DNA from: an uncultured Gammaproteobacteria bacterium | Lineage (GTDB): Bacteria; Patescibacteriota; Patescibacteriia; Veblenbacterales; UBA10138 | Direction of reading: 5' to 3' | Assembly: GCA_964348825.1 (NCBI GenBank) | Contig: CAYGDX010000002.1 | Coordinates: 80,609-144,608 of the forward strand | Length of the DNA stretch: 64,000 nt | Shown: positions 50,378-60,107 of the stretch, piece by piece | Layout of the letters: each line of letters opens with the position of its first letter | Numbering within the stretch: position 1 is the stretch's first letter | Position numbers and translations under genes: made by a program | The notes under the pieces: model-generated | Databases searched by the model: none | Told to the model about the DNA's origin: nothing | Seen by the model: the letters and a program-made list of their open reading frames with translations, nothing else

Positions 50378-51958
50378 TTACGCTTCAGAATCAGACAATG
50401 CTCCGATGTTTTTGAGCAACTCCAGGAGGTAGTTCCAGAATTTTTCAACCGAAGCGATATCAACATTTTCGTCAGGTGTATGTACCTTTACCATAGTTGG
50501 ACCGAAGGAAATAATATCTGCGCCCGGGAACATTTTATAGAACACTGCGCACGCGAGACCAGCGTGAATTGTTTTCACAGGAGGTTCAACCCCGTAGAGA
50601 TCTTGGTACGTCTTCACTGCGGTTTGGAGCAGTGGGGTATCATAATGAGGTTCCCATGCCGGGTATCGGTTGCCAATTTCTGCAATCGCGCCTACTCCTT
50701 CAATCATCTCAATGATCTTGAACTGAATATCGTCCATATCCGATTCTACTGAACTCCGGAACATGCAAGTAACTAAGAACTTGCCATCACCCACATTCAG
50801 AATGCCGACATTATTTGATGTTTGGACTAAGTCTTGATTGTTGGGATCCATAGCGATAACCCCATTTGGAAGTGCTTCAATTAATTCCAGCACTGCAGTT
50901 TGACCGGCTTCGTCAATTACCTGTTCATTGGAGCTTAAACCCAGGTCTTCTAAAGTGATCTGCATATCCGGTTCAATCTGCTGGTACAACGTATTGATTG
51001 TAGCTATCAACTCTTCCAATCGTGTCTTAGCATTGTTGAGCTGATCAATCGGAATTAGCAGTAGAACTTCAGCTTCACGGGGAATGGCGTTCATTTTGTT
51101 GCCGGCTTTGATGGTAATGATTTGGAAGTTGAATTCACTTAACGCTGACAAAATTTCACTGAGCAATTTGATAGCGTTGGCGTGACCAAGATGAATTTCC
51201 AAACCGGAATGACCACCTTTAAGACTCTGAATCGTTAAACGACATTTCTGCATATCAGAGTTCGAGGGGACGTATATTATAGTGCCGGTACCATTTATCC
51301 TGCCACCGCCAGCGCAGCCAAAATAAAGCTCACCCTCCTCTTCTGAATCAAGGTTGATGAAAGTCTTACTCTTGAACATGTTGGGATCCAAGGCTGATGC
51401 ACCATCAAAACCAACTTCCTCTTTTGTCGTAAAGAGCAACTCCAGGGGACCGTGTTCAATTTCTTTACTCGTCATGATTGCCAGCATGGTTGCGACACCA
51501 ATACCGTTATCAGCACCCAGGGTGGTACCGTTTGCACTTAACTTACCGCCATCAATTACGAGTTGAATTGGTTCGGTCATAAAATCATGTCTGCTATCTT
51601 TCAACTTTTCGCATACCATGTCGAGGTGTCCCTGCAGACAGACCGAAGGTCTGTTTTCAAAGCCCGGTGTAGCAGGTACATATACTACTACATTGTTATT
51701 TTTATCGCGAACAGCTATGAATCCTTCTTTTTTGGCGAGCTTGTACACAAAATTGGCAACCTCGTCTTCGTCTCCGGATCCACGTGGAATATTGCTGATT
51801 TCTGCAAAATATTCCCATAGTCTTTCGGGTTTTAGACCGATAACTAAATCATGGTTATTCTGTAATGTATTCAAGGTAAATCTCCTTAATTTATTGTTTT
51901 TATAATTTATTAATTGGTAAAGAATTATTTTTATTTTAGAGCTTTTATTATACGCCAC
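50378..51958 (-). CDS. pepD: aminoacyl-histidine (Xaa-His) dipeptidase, peptidase M20C
   Basis: PepD-like pattern (HLDMV, GTTLGADNGIG, EEVG) at ~485-aa core length. The track's N-terminal extension is probably not translated. Visibly higher GC than neighbouring genes. Confidence 0.75.
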   Translation of the reverse strand: MAYNKSSKIKIILYQLINYKNNKLRRFTLNTLQNNHDLVIGLKPERLWEYFAEISNIPRGSGDEDEVANFVYKLAKKEGFIAVRDKNNNVVVYVPATPGFENRPSVCLQGHLDMVCEKLKDSRHDFMTEPIQLVIDGGKLSANGTTLGADNGIGVATMLAIMTSKEIEHGPLELLFTTKEEVGFDGASALDPNMFKSKTFINLDSEEEGELYFGCAGGGRINGTGTIIYVPSNSDMQKCRLTIQSLKGGHSGLEIHLGHANAIKLLSEILSALSEFNFQIITIKAGNKMNAIPREAEVLLLIPIDQLNNAKTRLEELIATINTLYQQIEPDMQITLEDLGLSSNEQVIDEAGQTAVLELIEALPNGVIAMDPNNQDLVQTSNNVGILNVGDGKFLVTCMFRSSVESDMDDIQFKIIEMIEGVGAIAEIGNRYPAWEPHYDTPLLQTAVKTYQDLYGVEPPVKTIHAGLACAVFYKMFPGADIISFGPTMVKVHTPDENVDIASVEKFWNYLLELLKNIGALSDSEA

Positions 51959-52118
51959 CTTACCATAATATCTTTAGCAAGTCAACTAACTAATTACTTT
52001 ATAACTTCGTATTACATAACTCAATCATACTGTCCAAAATCACCTATCTTCTATGATAGGTGATTTTGTTATATGATGACAATGGATGCAATAAACTTTA
52101 TTTTCTAATAATAAATCT

Positions 52119-52856
52119 ATGTCTATTAAAAATAAAGTCGCCATTGTTACTGGCGCGGGACGAGGTATTGGTAAGGGTATTGCCTTGGCTATGGCCAAAG
52201 AGGGTTATAGCGTAGTGGTATCGGATATTAATCAAACTGATGCCGAAGCTGTTACCAATGAAATAAAAGAATTGAGAGTGAAAGCTATTAGTATAATTTG
52301 CGATGTATCAAAAAAATTAGAGGTTGAAGAATTATTTAAACAAACTGTGGAACAATTTGGTGGTGTTGATGTACTAGTAAACAATGCCGGCATTTATCCT
52401 TTTATTTCTTTTGCTAATATGACCGAGGCCGATTGGGATAAAGTTTTAGACGTAAATTTAAAAAGTATTTTCTTAACTTCGCAAATCGCCACTAAAATCA
52501 TGCCCGCAGGTGGCCGAATAATTAATATTTCCTCTATCGCCTCCTTAGTTGGTTTTGAAGGATTGGTTCACTACTGCGCTTCTAAAGGCGGAATTAATGG
52601 ATTAACCCGAGCTTTAGCTTTGGAGCTCGCACCTAAAAAAATTACAGTTAATGTAGTAGCACCGGGCGCGATTAATACCCCGGGCGCCAACCAAACTGAC
52701 CAAACAATTTTAAAACAAACTATTGCCATGGTTCCTTTGGCCAGAATGGGTGAACCAGAAGATATTGCCAACGCTGTGGTATTTTTAGCTGATCAAAAAT
52801 CAAGCTACATTACCGGCCAAGTACTAGTAGTGGATGGCGGCTGGACATTAAGATAA
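52119..52856 (+). CDS. SDR family oxidoreductase (FabG-like 3-oxoacyl-ACP reductase family)
   Basis: TGAGRGIGKGIA, NNAG, and YxxxK (YCASKGG) motifs. Confidence 0.75.
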   Translation: MSIKNKVAIVTGAGRGIGKGIALAMAKEGYSVVVSDINQTDAEAVTNEIKELRVKAISIICDVSKKLEVEELFKQTVEQFGGVDVLVNNAGIYPFISFANMTEADWDKVLDVNLKSIFLTSQIATKIMPAGGRIINISSIASLVGFEGLVHYCASKGGINGLTRALALELAPKKITVNVVAPGAINTPGANQTDQTILKQTIAMVPLARMGEPEDIANAVVFLADQKSSYITGQVLVVDGGWTLR

Positions 52857-52929
52857 TTAATAATCAAAAATAAAAACACCCTGAGATTATGGAAGGGTGT
52901 TTTTATTTTTGATAAATTGTTCCTTAAAA

Positions 52930-53409
52930 TTACCATCCCCAACCCATCATTCCCCCGTGACCACGACCACCCATCATCTTCATCATCCCCTTACCTTTTT
53001 TACCATTAAACTTTGTGCTATCAATTTGCTTTTGCATAATTTGCAAACGCTTATCAGCTTGGCTTTGAGTAATTACACCCTTATCTACTAAAGTTTGAAT
53101 TTGCGTTTTCATTTGTGCTAATTTAACTTCTTTCATTTTGGCTTGTAGTTGCTCGGCAGTAATACCCTTTTCTTTTATTAACTCTGGTATAGTTTTACCT
53201 TGCGCCCACGCCTCTTTAACATCAACTACGCTCATACCCAGTAAATCAGCTTGCTGTTGAAACATAGCTTGATGACTCGTAACAATTTGTTCAGGTGTAG
53301 CACCTCTAAATCCACCACCAAAACCGGCTTGAGCTATGCCACCAAATCCTAAATACAAACTAAGCGCCACTACTGGCAAAGCCACATAAATTACTGATTT
53401 ATACTTCAT
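52930..53409 (-). CDS. periplasmic LTXXQ-motif (CpxP/Spy/ZraP-like) protein with Met/Gly/His-rich C-terminus
   Basis: Signal peptide, helical Q-rich body with ITAEQ / VITQSQ (LTXXQ-like) motifs, and a GKGMMKMMGGRGHGGMMGWGW tail. Confidence 0.5.
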   Translation of the reverse strand: MKYKSVIYVALPVVALSLYLGFGGIAQAGFGGGFRGATPEQIVTSHQAMFQQQADLLGMSVVDVKEAWAQGKTIPELIKEKGITAEQLQAKMKEVKLAQMKTQIQTLVDKGVITQSQADKRLQIMQKQIDSTKFNGKKGKGMMKMMGGRGHGGMMGWGW

Positions 53410-53560
53410 ATTTTATATCATTAATATTAAAATACTGTCATTTGTACTTCATAACAGTAGTCAGACAAAGTGATGGGCAGAGCCGAAAATTATTAATTAT
53501 TAACAACTTCCGGCTCTGTATGCTTGTCATCACATTTATTAATACGTTAAAAGATAAAAT

Positions 53561-54379
53561 TTATTTCATTTCGCCAAATGGTGGCGGCGGACGCAAACCC
53601 CGACGACCTGGCCCAACACCGGGCATCATTGGCGGTGGCATCATATCAAATTCGCCATTTATAATATGCACACCCAGCGCTTTAATTTCTTCTTCATTCT
53701 TTTTACCCATCACTACCACCATATCGCCAACTTTAAATTCAGCTATTTCCGGACGATTGGTTTGCCCATCAACAATCACTTTAATCAAATCGTCAGCTGA
53801 TTCATCTTTAAGATAAAAACCGTCTTGAGTAATTTCATAAATTACACCTCGCTCAATATTAGGCCGATGCGGTCGACCAAACTGACGATAAAATCCACCG
53901 GCTGGCGCTGACAAACGATTGGTCCGTGACTCACGCCATAAATTATTATGAAACGAAGTGCGTGCCACCAAACTACCACCTACCAAAGCTAGTAAAACTA
54001 CACCAAAAAGTGAATAAACTACTGGCCGACGATAAGCAAACGAATAACGCCTGACTAAAATTTCTAAAATTATAAAACAAATTAAAGCCAGAATAATAAG
54101 CACCCAAGGCAGGGCAAATAAAAATTCAAACCAACCGCGAGCGCCAAAAGCTGGTGTAAACCAAGCCCCACTTTGCCGTAATATAAAAATAATAAAACTA
54201 ATAAAATATACGAGTGCGAGTAAAATTACAGCTACCCCCAGCGCCCCTAAAGTCGCTTCTAAAATAAATTGCCACTTCGGACGCATTAATACTCGACCAT
54301 TTTTAATGGCTGACATTACTTTTTCGGATATATTTATATTTTCTGATTGGTGATTAAGTTGGGACATAAGTTTTATCAA
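53561..54379 (-). CDS. putative anti-sigma factor (3-TM membrane protein with Met/Pro-rich C-terminal tail)
   Basis: Overlaps the 3' end of the ECF sigma gene by 26 nt. Short cytoplasmic N-terminus, TM helices, extracytoplasmic domain. Assignment is by context only. Confidence 0.4.
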   Translation of the reverse strand: MIKLMSQLNHQSENINISEKVMSAIKNGRVLMRPKWQFILEATLGALGVAVILLALVYFISFIIFILRQSGAWFTPAFGARGWFEFLFALPWVLIILALICFIILEILVRRYSFAYRRPVVYSLFGVVLLALVGGSLVARTSFHNNLWRESRTNRLSAPAGGFYRQFGRPHRPNIERGVIYEITQDGFYLKDESADDLIKVIVDGQTNRPEIAEFKVGDMVVVMGKKNEEEIKALGVHIINGEFDMMPPPMMPGVGPGRRGLRPPPPFGEMK

Positions 54380-54947
54380 TTTTATTAATTATTTTTTTTA
54401 ATATCTCCTTACCGCGCCTAAGTCGTATACCAACAGTGGAAGTCGGTAATTGTAAAATTTCAGCAATAGTTTTGTAATCTAATTCTTCATAAAAATAAAG
54501 CAACATTGGTTCACGATATTTTGGATCAAGCGCGCCAAGTGATTTATCCATCATACTTTTTAATTCTTGTTGATTTATACTATCATCAGTTTTACCACGA
54601 GCGGATAAAAATGGTAGCAGTACATCAAGCTCAAACGGCAGTATTACTTGCCGCCATTTTTGCCGCAGTTCATTAACAAATTCATTGTGCGCAATGCGAT
54701 ACAACCAAGGAGAAAAGCGACGCGTAGCATCAAAACTTTTTAAATTAGTGTAGGCCTTAATAAAAACTTCCTGTACCAAATCCTCAATATCCGCCTGACT
54801 ATTTAAAAATTTATGACCATAACGAAGTAGCTTGGCTTGATATCTTTCCATAAGCAGGCGAAATAGCTCCACTTCGCCCTGTTGCACGCGAATAGCTACA
54901 TCCTCGTCAGTTAATTGGGTATTATCCATACATCTATTATTATACAA
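54354..54947 (-). CDS. ECF-type sigma-70 family RNA polymerase sigma factor
   Basis: Region 2 (DLVQEVFIKAY...PWLYRIAHNE) and region 4 HTH (YKTIAEILQLPTSTVGIRLRRGKE). Confidence 0.8.
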   Translation of the reverse strand: MYNNRCMDNTQLTDEDVAIRVQQGEVELFRLLMERYQAKLLRYGHKFLNSQADIEDLVQEVFIKAYTNLKSFDATRRFSPWLYRIAHNEFVNELRQKWRQVILPFELDVLLPFLSARGKTDDSINQQELKSMMDKSLGALDPKYREPMLLYFYEELDYKTIAEILQLPTSTVGIRLRRGKEILKKIINKIDKTYVPT

Positions 54948-55058
54948 CTAAACTGGCTTTTTATTTCATCTAGGTTGACAAAAATACTGTTTGGAGTTAA
55001 AGTATTAAAAAATAAATCAAAATTAAAAAACAAAATTATTCACTATTCTGGAGTTAAA

Positions 55059-55517
55059 ATGAAACTCTCTATAATTGTACCTTCAAAAAAATGGCCCAAT
55101 AAAAATCGCTATGACATCTGCCAGATTATTTCCCTCTTGTTAAATAAACCAGTGATATTTTTAAGGCATGAATTAATGGAAGTGGTTAAAGATGAAAAAA
55201 AAGAACAACAAAAAAAAATTACCTTCTTGATTATGAAGGGCAATGAAACTGACAAACAAACCATAATCACTCAAAGTGGGTTAGAAGTATCGCCGGTTGA
55301 TGGACAGATGATTTTGATTACAGCCAAACACACTCATCCATCAATTCCACCTTTTCGAGAATACATTGAACAAATCAGAGGAATAGTTAATTTATTGGTT
55401 TTCCCGATTGCACAAACCAACCTGCAATGCGATGAACCATCTTATCTCGGTTGTTTTGGTGGATCAACTGAATTTGACCTTTTATCTAAGAACGGTTTTA
55501 TTGCTGAAATCGTTTGA
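55059..55517 (+). CDS. hypothetical protein
   Basis: ORF with a GGAG RBS 5 nt upstream of the internal Met (MKLSIIV). The track start at 54915 is probably an artefact. Divergent from the sigma operon. Confidence 0.4.
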   Translation: MKLSIIVPSKKWPNKNRYDICQIISLLLNKPVIFLRHELMEVVKDEKKEQQKKITFLIMKGNETDKQTIITQSGLEVSPVDGQMILITAKHTHPSIPPFREYIEQIRGIVNLLVFPIAQTNLQCDEPSYLGCFGGSTEFDLLSKNGFIAEIV

Positions 55518-55593
55518 AATTCTAAATAGACCTAAATGTTCACAAAGTCGCGCACCAATCAATTCGGACGCGACTTTTTTATTTTCTTAAAAT

Positions 55594-56787
55594 TTACCGA
55601 CGACCACGAAAGGGGCGTCTTGGCGCACTGCCACGTGGGACATCTCTTTCCACATAAGCACTAGCTCGCGCGGGTGGCAAAACTGGCAATTTAGAAAGTG
55701 GTAAAGCCAAACGAATTAACCTTTCAATGCCTTGCACATCACTTTTTTGGTCAGGCGTGGCAAAAGAAATCGCATGACCAATTTGCCCAGCCCGGCCAGT
55801 ACGACCAATGCGGTGGACATAATCTTCTGGACTCTCTGGTAGATCATAATTCAAAACTAGTTCAATACCTTTGACATCTATCCCCCGCGCCGCAATATCA
55901 GTGGCTACCAAAATTCTATATTTACCATTACGAAAACCATTCATCGCTTCTATTCTTTGACCAAGTGAACGATTAGAATGTATTTCTACTGCACTGTGCC
56001 CGAGCGCGCGTATAATTACAGCAATTTTTTTAGCGCCAAATTTAGTACGCGAGAAAATTAAAATTGAACCACGATATTCATTTAATATTTTCTCAAGTAA
56101 TCGCGGCTTATCATTTTTCTGCACACAATAAAGCTCTTGCGTAACCTTATCAATAGTGGTGCCGGGCGGAGCAATTTCCACCCGCAGTGGTAATTTCATA
56201 TGTGATTGTGCCAGTGCTACAATATCGCGCGGCATAGTAGCAGAAAAAAGCAGTGTTTGCCTGTCTTTGGGCACGGCTTGAACTATTTTTTTAAGTTGCG
56301 GTGCAAACCCCATATCAAGCATTCGATCAGCTTCATCGAGCACCAATATTCCCACACTACTAAGTGAAATAGATTTTTGTTCTAAATGATCAATAATTCG
56401 CCCCGGTGTACCAATAATAATATAAGGATTTTTTTGCAAAGCGTAAATTTGACGATTGATTGATTCGCCACCAATTATTACTTCGGCCCGAATTTTAAGT
56501 GGCCAACCAATTTTTTGCAGTGTTTCGTGCACTTGAAAAGCCAATTCACGAGTAGGCAAAACTACCAAGCCGTATTTACCATTTAAAGCCGCTTGGATTA
56601 AAGGGATGCCAAAAGCTAAGGTTTTTCCGGTACCAGTTTGAGCAATACCAATAAGATCCTTACCATCTAAGGCTGGTGGAATAGATTTTTCCTGAATTGG
56701 AGTCGGAACTGTGAAATTAAGCTTATCAAGTATGGCCAAAATGTTTGGCGCGATTCCAAGATTATAAAAACCAGATGTTGTATTCAT
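55594..56787 (-). CDS. DEAD-box ATP-dependent RNA helicase (RG-rich C-tail)
   Basis: Q-motif, AQTGTGKT, PTRELA, DEAD, SAT, and HRIGRTGRAG. Confidence 0.9.
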   Translation of the reverse strand: MNTTSGFYNLGIAPNILAILDKLNFTVPTPIQEKSIPPALDGKDLIGIAQTGTGKTLAFGIPLIQAALNGKYGLVVLPTRELAFQVHETLQKIGWPLKIRAEVIIGGESINRQIYALQKNPYIIIGTPGRIIDHLEQKSISLSSVGILVLDEADRMLDMGFAPQLKKIVQAVPKDRQTLLFSATMPRDIVALAQSHMKLPLRVEIAPPGTTIDKVTQELYCVQKNDKPRLLEKILNEYRGSILIFSRTKFGAKKIAVIIRALGHSAVEIHSNRSLGQRIEAMNGFRNGKYRILVATDIAARGIDVKGIELVLNYDLPESPEDYVHRIGRTGRAGQIGHAISFATPDQKSDVQGIERLIRLALPLSKLPVLPPARASAYVERDVPRGSAPRRPFRGRR

Positions 56788-56887
56788 GCCGCCACTATAA
56801 CACAGTTAGTGAAAATAAGATAGTGACGTTTAAATCCGAAATACGAATATCGAAATCCGAAATAAATCCCAATGACAAAAATCCAAA

Positions 56888-57056
56888 AGTTGTGCGGCCT
56901 CGTCGTAGGGTTTGTACAGAGCGGAAGTTCCGCGAATGTCCGGCTCGGGCGTGTTTGTGGTCGCTTGGCATAGCTTGAGCCAGATCGTTTGACGAGCACT
57001 GTTCAAACCCGGAGACCGAGGCGGCGATTTTGTGTTACTTTATAAAAAGTAACAAA
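56888..57056. repeat. GC-rich TIR element (MITE-like), copy C
   Basis: cctcgtcgtagggtttgtacagagcgg...gacgagcactgttcaaacccggagaccgaggcggcgattttgtgttactttataaaaagtaac. Confidence 0.55.
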
Positions 57057-57080
57057 GAAAAAAATGGAGGGTAATAAATT

Positions 57081-57527
57081 TTAATTTCCAAAAATATTCT
57101 TCACCCAATCTTGCCAACCACCACCTTGTTCAGCCTCCCACCATTGCCAAAAAACTACCGGCTTAATTACCTTCACACCGTCCCATTCCCCCACTTCTAA
57201 TAAATGCCTGTCTTCCGTAATTAAAAATTGCGCTCTACCCCCGACCGCCGCGTCTAATAATTTGTGATCTTCGGGATCTTCGAGCATCGCCGGCACCAGC
57301 TCGGGCTCTACCTTCTCCGCTGAATTTAAAAATGCTAAAATTTCTTGCTTAAAAATTTGATCTTTAACTAAACGCTTTACTATTAATTCATTTTCCCGTC
57401 GCACTTGATGAGAAATCAGGGCTTTAATTTTTCCGAGTTTTACCAAATCTAAAATCCGCTGGGGGTAACTGCCTGCACCCTTTTGCGCATTTATTAAAAC
57501 ATTGGTATCTAAAACTACTCGAAGCAT
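57081..57527 (-). CDS. PIN-domain protein (VapC-like nuclease fold) with Trp-rich C-terminal extension
   Basis: VVLDTNVLI start. Acidic catalytic residues (D, E, D) appear in PIN spacing. No adjacent antitoxin ORF. Confidence 0.6.
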   Translation of the reverse strand: MLRVVLDTNVLINAQKGAGSYPQRILDLVKLGKIKALISHQVRRENELIVKRLVKDQIFKQEILAFLNSAEKVEPELVPAMLEDPEDHKLLDAAVGGRAQFLITEDRHLLEVGEWDGVKVIKPVVFWQWWEAEQGGGWQDWVKNIFGN

Positions 57528-57639
57528 ATAAAAAGTATAGTAAATTTCTACTATTTGCGAAAGTCCTAAAATAAGCTAAAGTAAAGGCGGGATGGTGGTT
57601 AAATCCGAAGCCCTAAATCCGAAATCCTAAAAAACTGAC

Positions 57640-57727
57640 ATTAAAACACTAGAACATTTAAACATTAGAACATTATTAATAAAAAACTTTTTGTTCTTAT
57701 GATCTAGTGATTTAATGTTCTAGTGAA
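57640..57727. repeat. palindromic intergenic repeat, ctagaacac family, copy R8
   Basis: Reverse complement of R7. Confidence 0.6.
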
Positions 57728-57756
57728 AACCTATTACAATTAATACAATACAATCT

Positions 57757-58818
57757 ATGTCTCTTCAAGTCGGTATTGTTGGCCTACCTAATGTAGGTAA
57801 ATCAACCTTGTTTAAAGCTCTTACTCGTAAGCAAGTAGTGATTGAAAATTATCCTTTTGCCACCATTGATCCCAATGTTGGTGTGGTGGAAGTGCCTGAT
57901 CCACGCTTACAAAAATTATCGGATATTTCAAAATCCGCTAAAATTGTACCAACCTCCATTGAATTTGTAGATATTGCTGGCTTAGTTAAAAACGCCCACC
58001 AAGGTGAAGGTTTGGGCAATCAATTCCTCGCCAACATCCGTGAGGTAGATGCAATTGTACAAGTAGTACGTTCATTTGCTGACCCTAATATTATTCATGT
58101 ACACGGCACGGTTGACCCACAAAGTGACGCTGAAGTAATAAATCTGGAACTGGTGATGGCCGATTTATCTATGGTGCAAAAAAAATTATCTGGCCTCAGA
58201 CCAAAACTTAAAACCGGTCAAGATAAATCAGCCGCTAAGCAAATTGTTATTTTAGAAAAAGTTGAAGCCCATTTAAAAACCGGTGAACCAGCTCGTACAC
58301 TCACTTGGCACGAAGATGAATTACCACTTGTTCGTGAACAACAACTTTTAACCGCCAAACCGTTGTTATATGTAATTAACTCGGATGAAAATCTACCCGC
58401 TACACCCTACCCACTACACCCTAATATTGCAATCTCTGCCAAACTAGAGGCCGAACTGGCTGACCTTCCGCCAGCCGAAGCTAATAATCTTTTACTGGAG
58501 CTTGGCCTTAAAGAAAGTGGACTTGATAAATTAATTCACGCTAGTTATAAACTTTTAAATTTAGTTACATTTTTTACCACCGGCCCCGAGGAATCACGAG
58601 CTTGGACTATTCACAGTGGAGATAAGGCACCACGAGCGGCCGGCGTAATTCACACTGATTTTGAACATGGCTTTATCCGCGCTGAAGTAATTTCTTACGA
58701 TGATTTTGTAAATTTTGCTGGCGAAGCTGGCGCCCGCGAACACGGCAAACTTCGAGTGGAGGGCAAGGAATATGTAATGCATGATGGCGATATTTGTCAT
58801 TTTAGATTTAGCGTCTAA
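57757..58818 (+). CDS. ychF: ribosome-binding ATPase YchF (Obg-like)
   Basis: GIVGLPNVGKSTLF P-loop, and a TGS domain C-terminus. Confidence 0.9.
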   Translation: MSLQVGIVGLPNVGKSTLFKALTRKQVVIENYPFATIDPNVGVVEVPDPRLQKLSDISKSAKIVPTSIEFVDIAGLVKNAHQGEGLGNQFLANIREVDAIVQVVRSFADPNIIHVHGTVDPQSDAEVINLELVMADLSMVQKKLSGLRPKLKTGQDKSAAKQIVILEKVEAHLKTGEPARTLTWHEDELPLVREQQLLTAKPLLYVINSDENLPATPYPLHPNIAISAKLEAELADLPPAEANNLLLELGLKESGLDKLIHASYKLLNLVTFFTTGPEESRAWTIHSGDKAPRAAGVIHTDFEHGFIRAEVISYDDFVNFAGEAGAREHGKLRVEGKEYVMHDGDICHFRFSV

Positions 58819-58946
58819 TTTAAATCCGAAATCCGAGTCTACTTCGTCGTAGTAGTCACGACTACGAAGACCGAAAGCACTAAATCCGAAAAATTTTCGA
58901 ATTTCGGATTTCGATATTCGAATTTTATAAAATTACTATTACTCAA

Positions 58947-59696
58947 ATGCCTTATCATCTTCCCGAACTATTAGATTACCCAATCACTCATGCTTTTTCC
59001 ACTAAGGAAGATGGTAATATGTCCTTCAAATGGGGTGAAGAGAAAATAGTTAAACAAAATCGTGCTAATTTTTTTACTGAACTTAAAATCAATCCCCTAT
59101 TTTGTGTCACGAGTGAACTTATACACGGTGATAAAATTATCCGCGTAACTAAAAAAGATGCCGGGCACGGCGTACTAAATAATGATTATCAAATCCAAGC
59201 TGATGGATTAATCACCAATGAGTTAGGCTTAAATTTATTTCAGGTAGTAGCCGATTGCTTACCAATACTTTTTTACGATCCGGCAAATAAAGCAATTGGA
59301 CTAGCCCACGCGGGTTGGCGCGGAACATCACAAAATATTGCTGGAAAAACCATTGCGGCCTTAGTCCACGAATTTAAAACTAAACCCGCTGATTTAATTG
59401 TGGGCCTGGGGCCAAGTATTCACAAATGCTGTTTTTCTTACCCCGAAGCCAAACAAGAATCAATGCCTGATTGGCAACCGTTTATTAATAAACAAGTAGA
59501 TAAACAAACTCATGTTAACAATGTGGGTTATAATTTATGGCAACTAACTTCAGCTGGTGTAGAACAAGAAAATATTTTTATGAGTGAATTTTGCACCGCG
59601 CATTCTGGAAAATTCTTTTCACATTATGTAGATATAAAAAACAAAACTCCCGAAACGCGCTTTGTGGCCTTAATCGGCCTACCCCCAGACAACTAA
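58947..59696 (+). CDS. pgeF: YfiH/PgeF family purine nucleoside phosphorylase / polyphenol oxidase (DUF152)
   Basis: ADCLPILFYDP...GLAHAGWRG signature. Confidence 0.8.
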   Translation: MPYHLPELLDYPITHAFSTKEDGNMSFKWGEEKIVKQNRANFFTELKINPLFCVTSELIHGDKIIRVTKKDAGHGVLNNDYQIQADGLITNELGLNLFQVVADCLPILFYDPANKAIGLAHAGWRGTSQNIAGKTIAALVHEFKTKPADLIVGLGPSIHKCCFSYPEAKQESMPDWQPFINKQVDKQTHVNNVGYNLWQLTSAGVEQENIFMSEFCTAHSGKFFSHYVDIKNKTPETRFVALIGLPPDN

Positions 59697-59791
59697 ACGT
59701 TTCTATTACCTAGCACCAATGTGTTAACACATTGGTACAGAGAGTATTAAAAATAAAAGGTGCCGGATTTTTGACACCTTTATAACTATGA

Positions 59792-60088
59792 TTACTCCAA
59801 GATTATTCTACGGTCGAATTTTCCTTTTTCCGTCGCTTTTTTTTCTTTGATAATTTTGACTGTTTGATTATCAAATTTCTTATAGCTGATAATTGTTTCT
59901 ACAACTTCAATTATATCAGCTAATTCTTCTATAGTTTCATCTTTTACAAATTCATTACACTCCTCCAGTAATTTATCTTTTAGTTTTTGCCAATATTCAT
60001 CCTCACTAGCAATATGTGTTAGTGGTTGACCACCTTTTTGAAGAATCAATTCTGGAATTTTATCTCTCACTAATTTATTATATATCAT
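59792..60088 (-). CDS. MazG-like nucleotide pyrophosphohydrolase domain protein
   Basis: KLVRDKIPE...EExxE...ELADIIE pattern of the MazG/HisE all-alpha NTP-PPase. Confidence 0.55.
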   Translation of the reverse strand: MIYNKLVRDKIPELILQKGGQPLTHIASEDEYWQKLKDKLLEECNEFVKDETIEELADIIEVVETIISYKKFDNQTVKIIKEKKATEKGKFDRRIILE

Positions 60089-60107
60089 ATTCTTTCCTAC
60101 GTTATAA

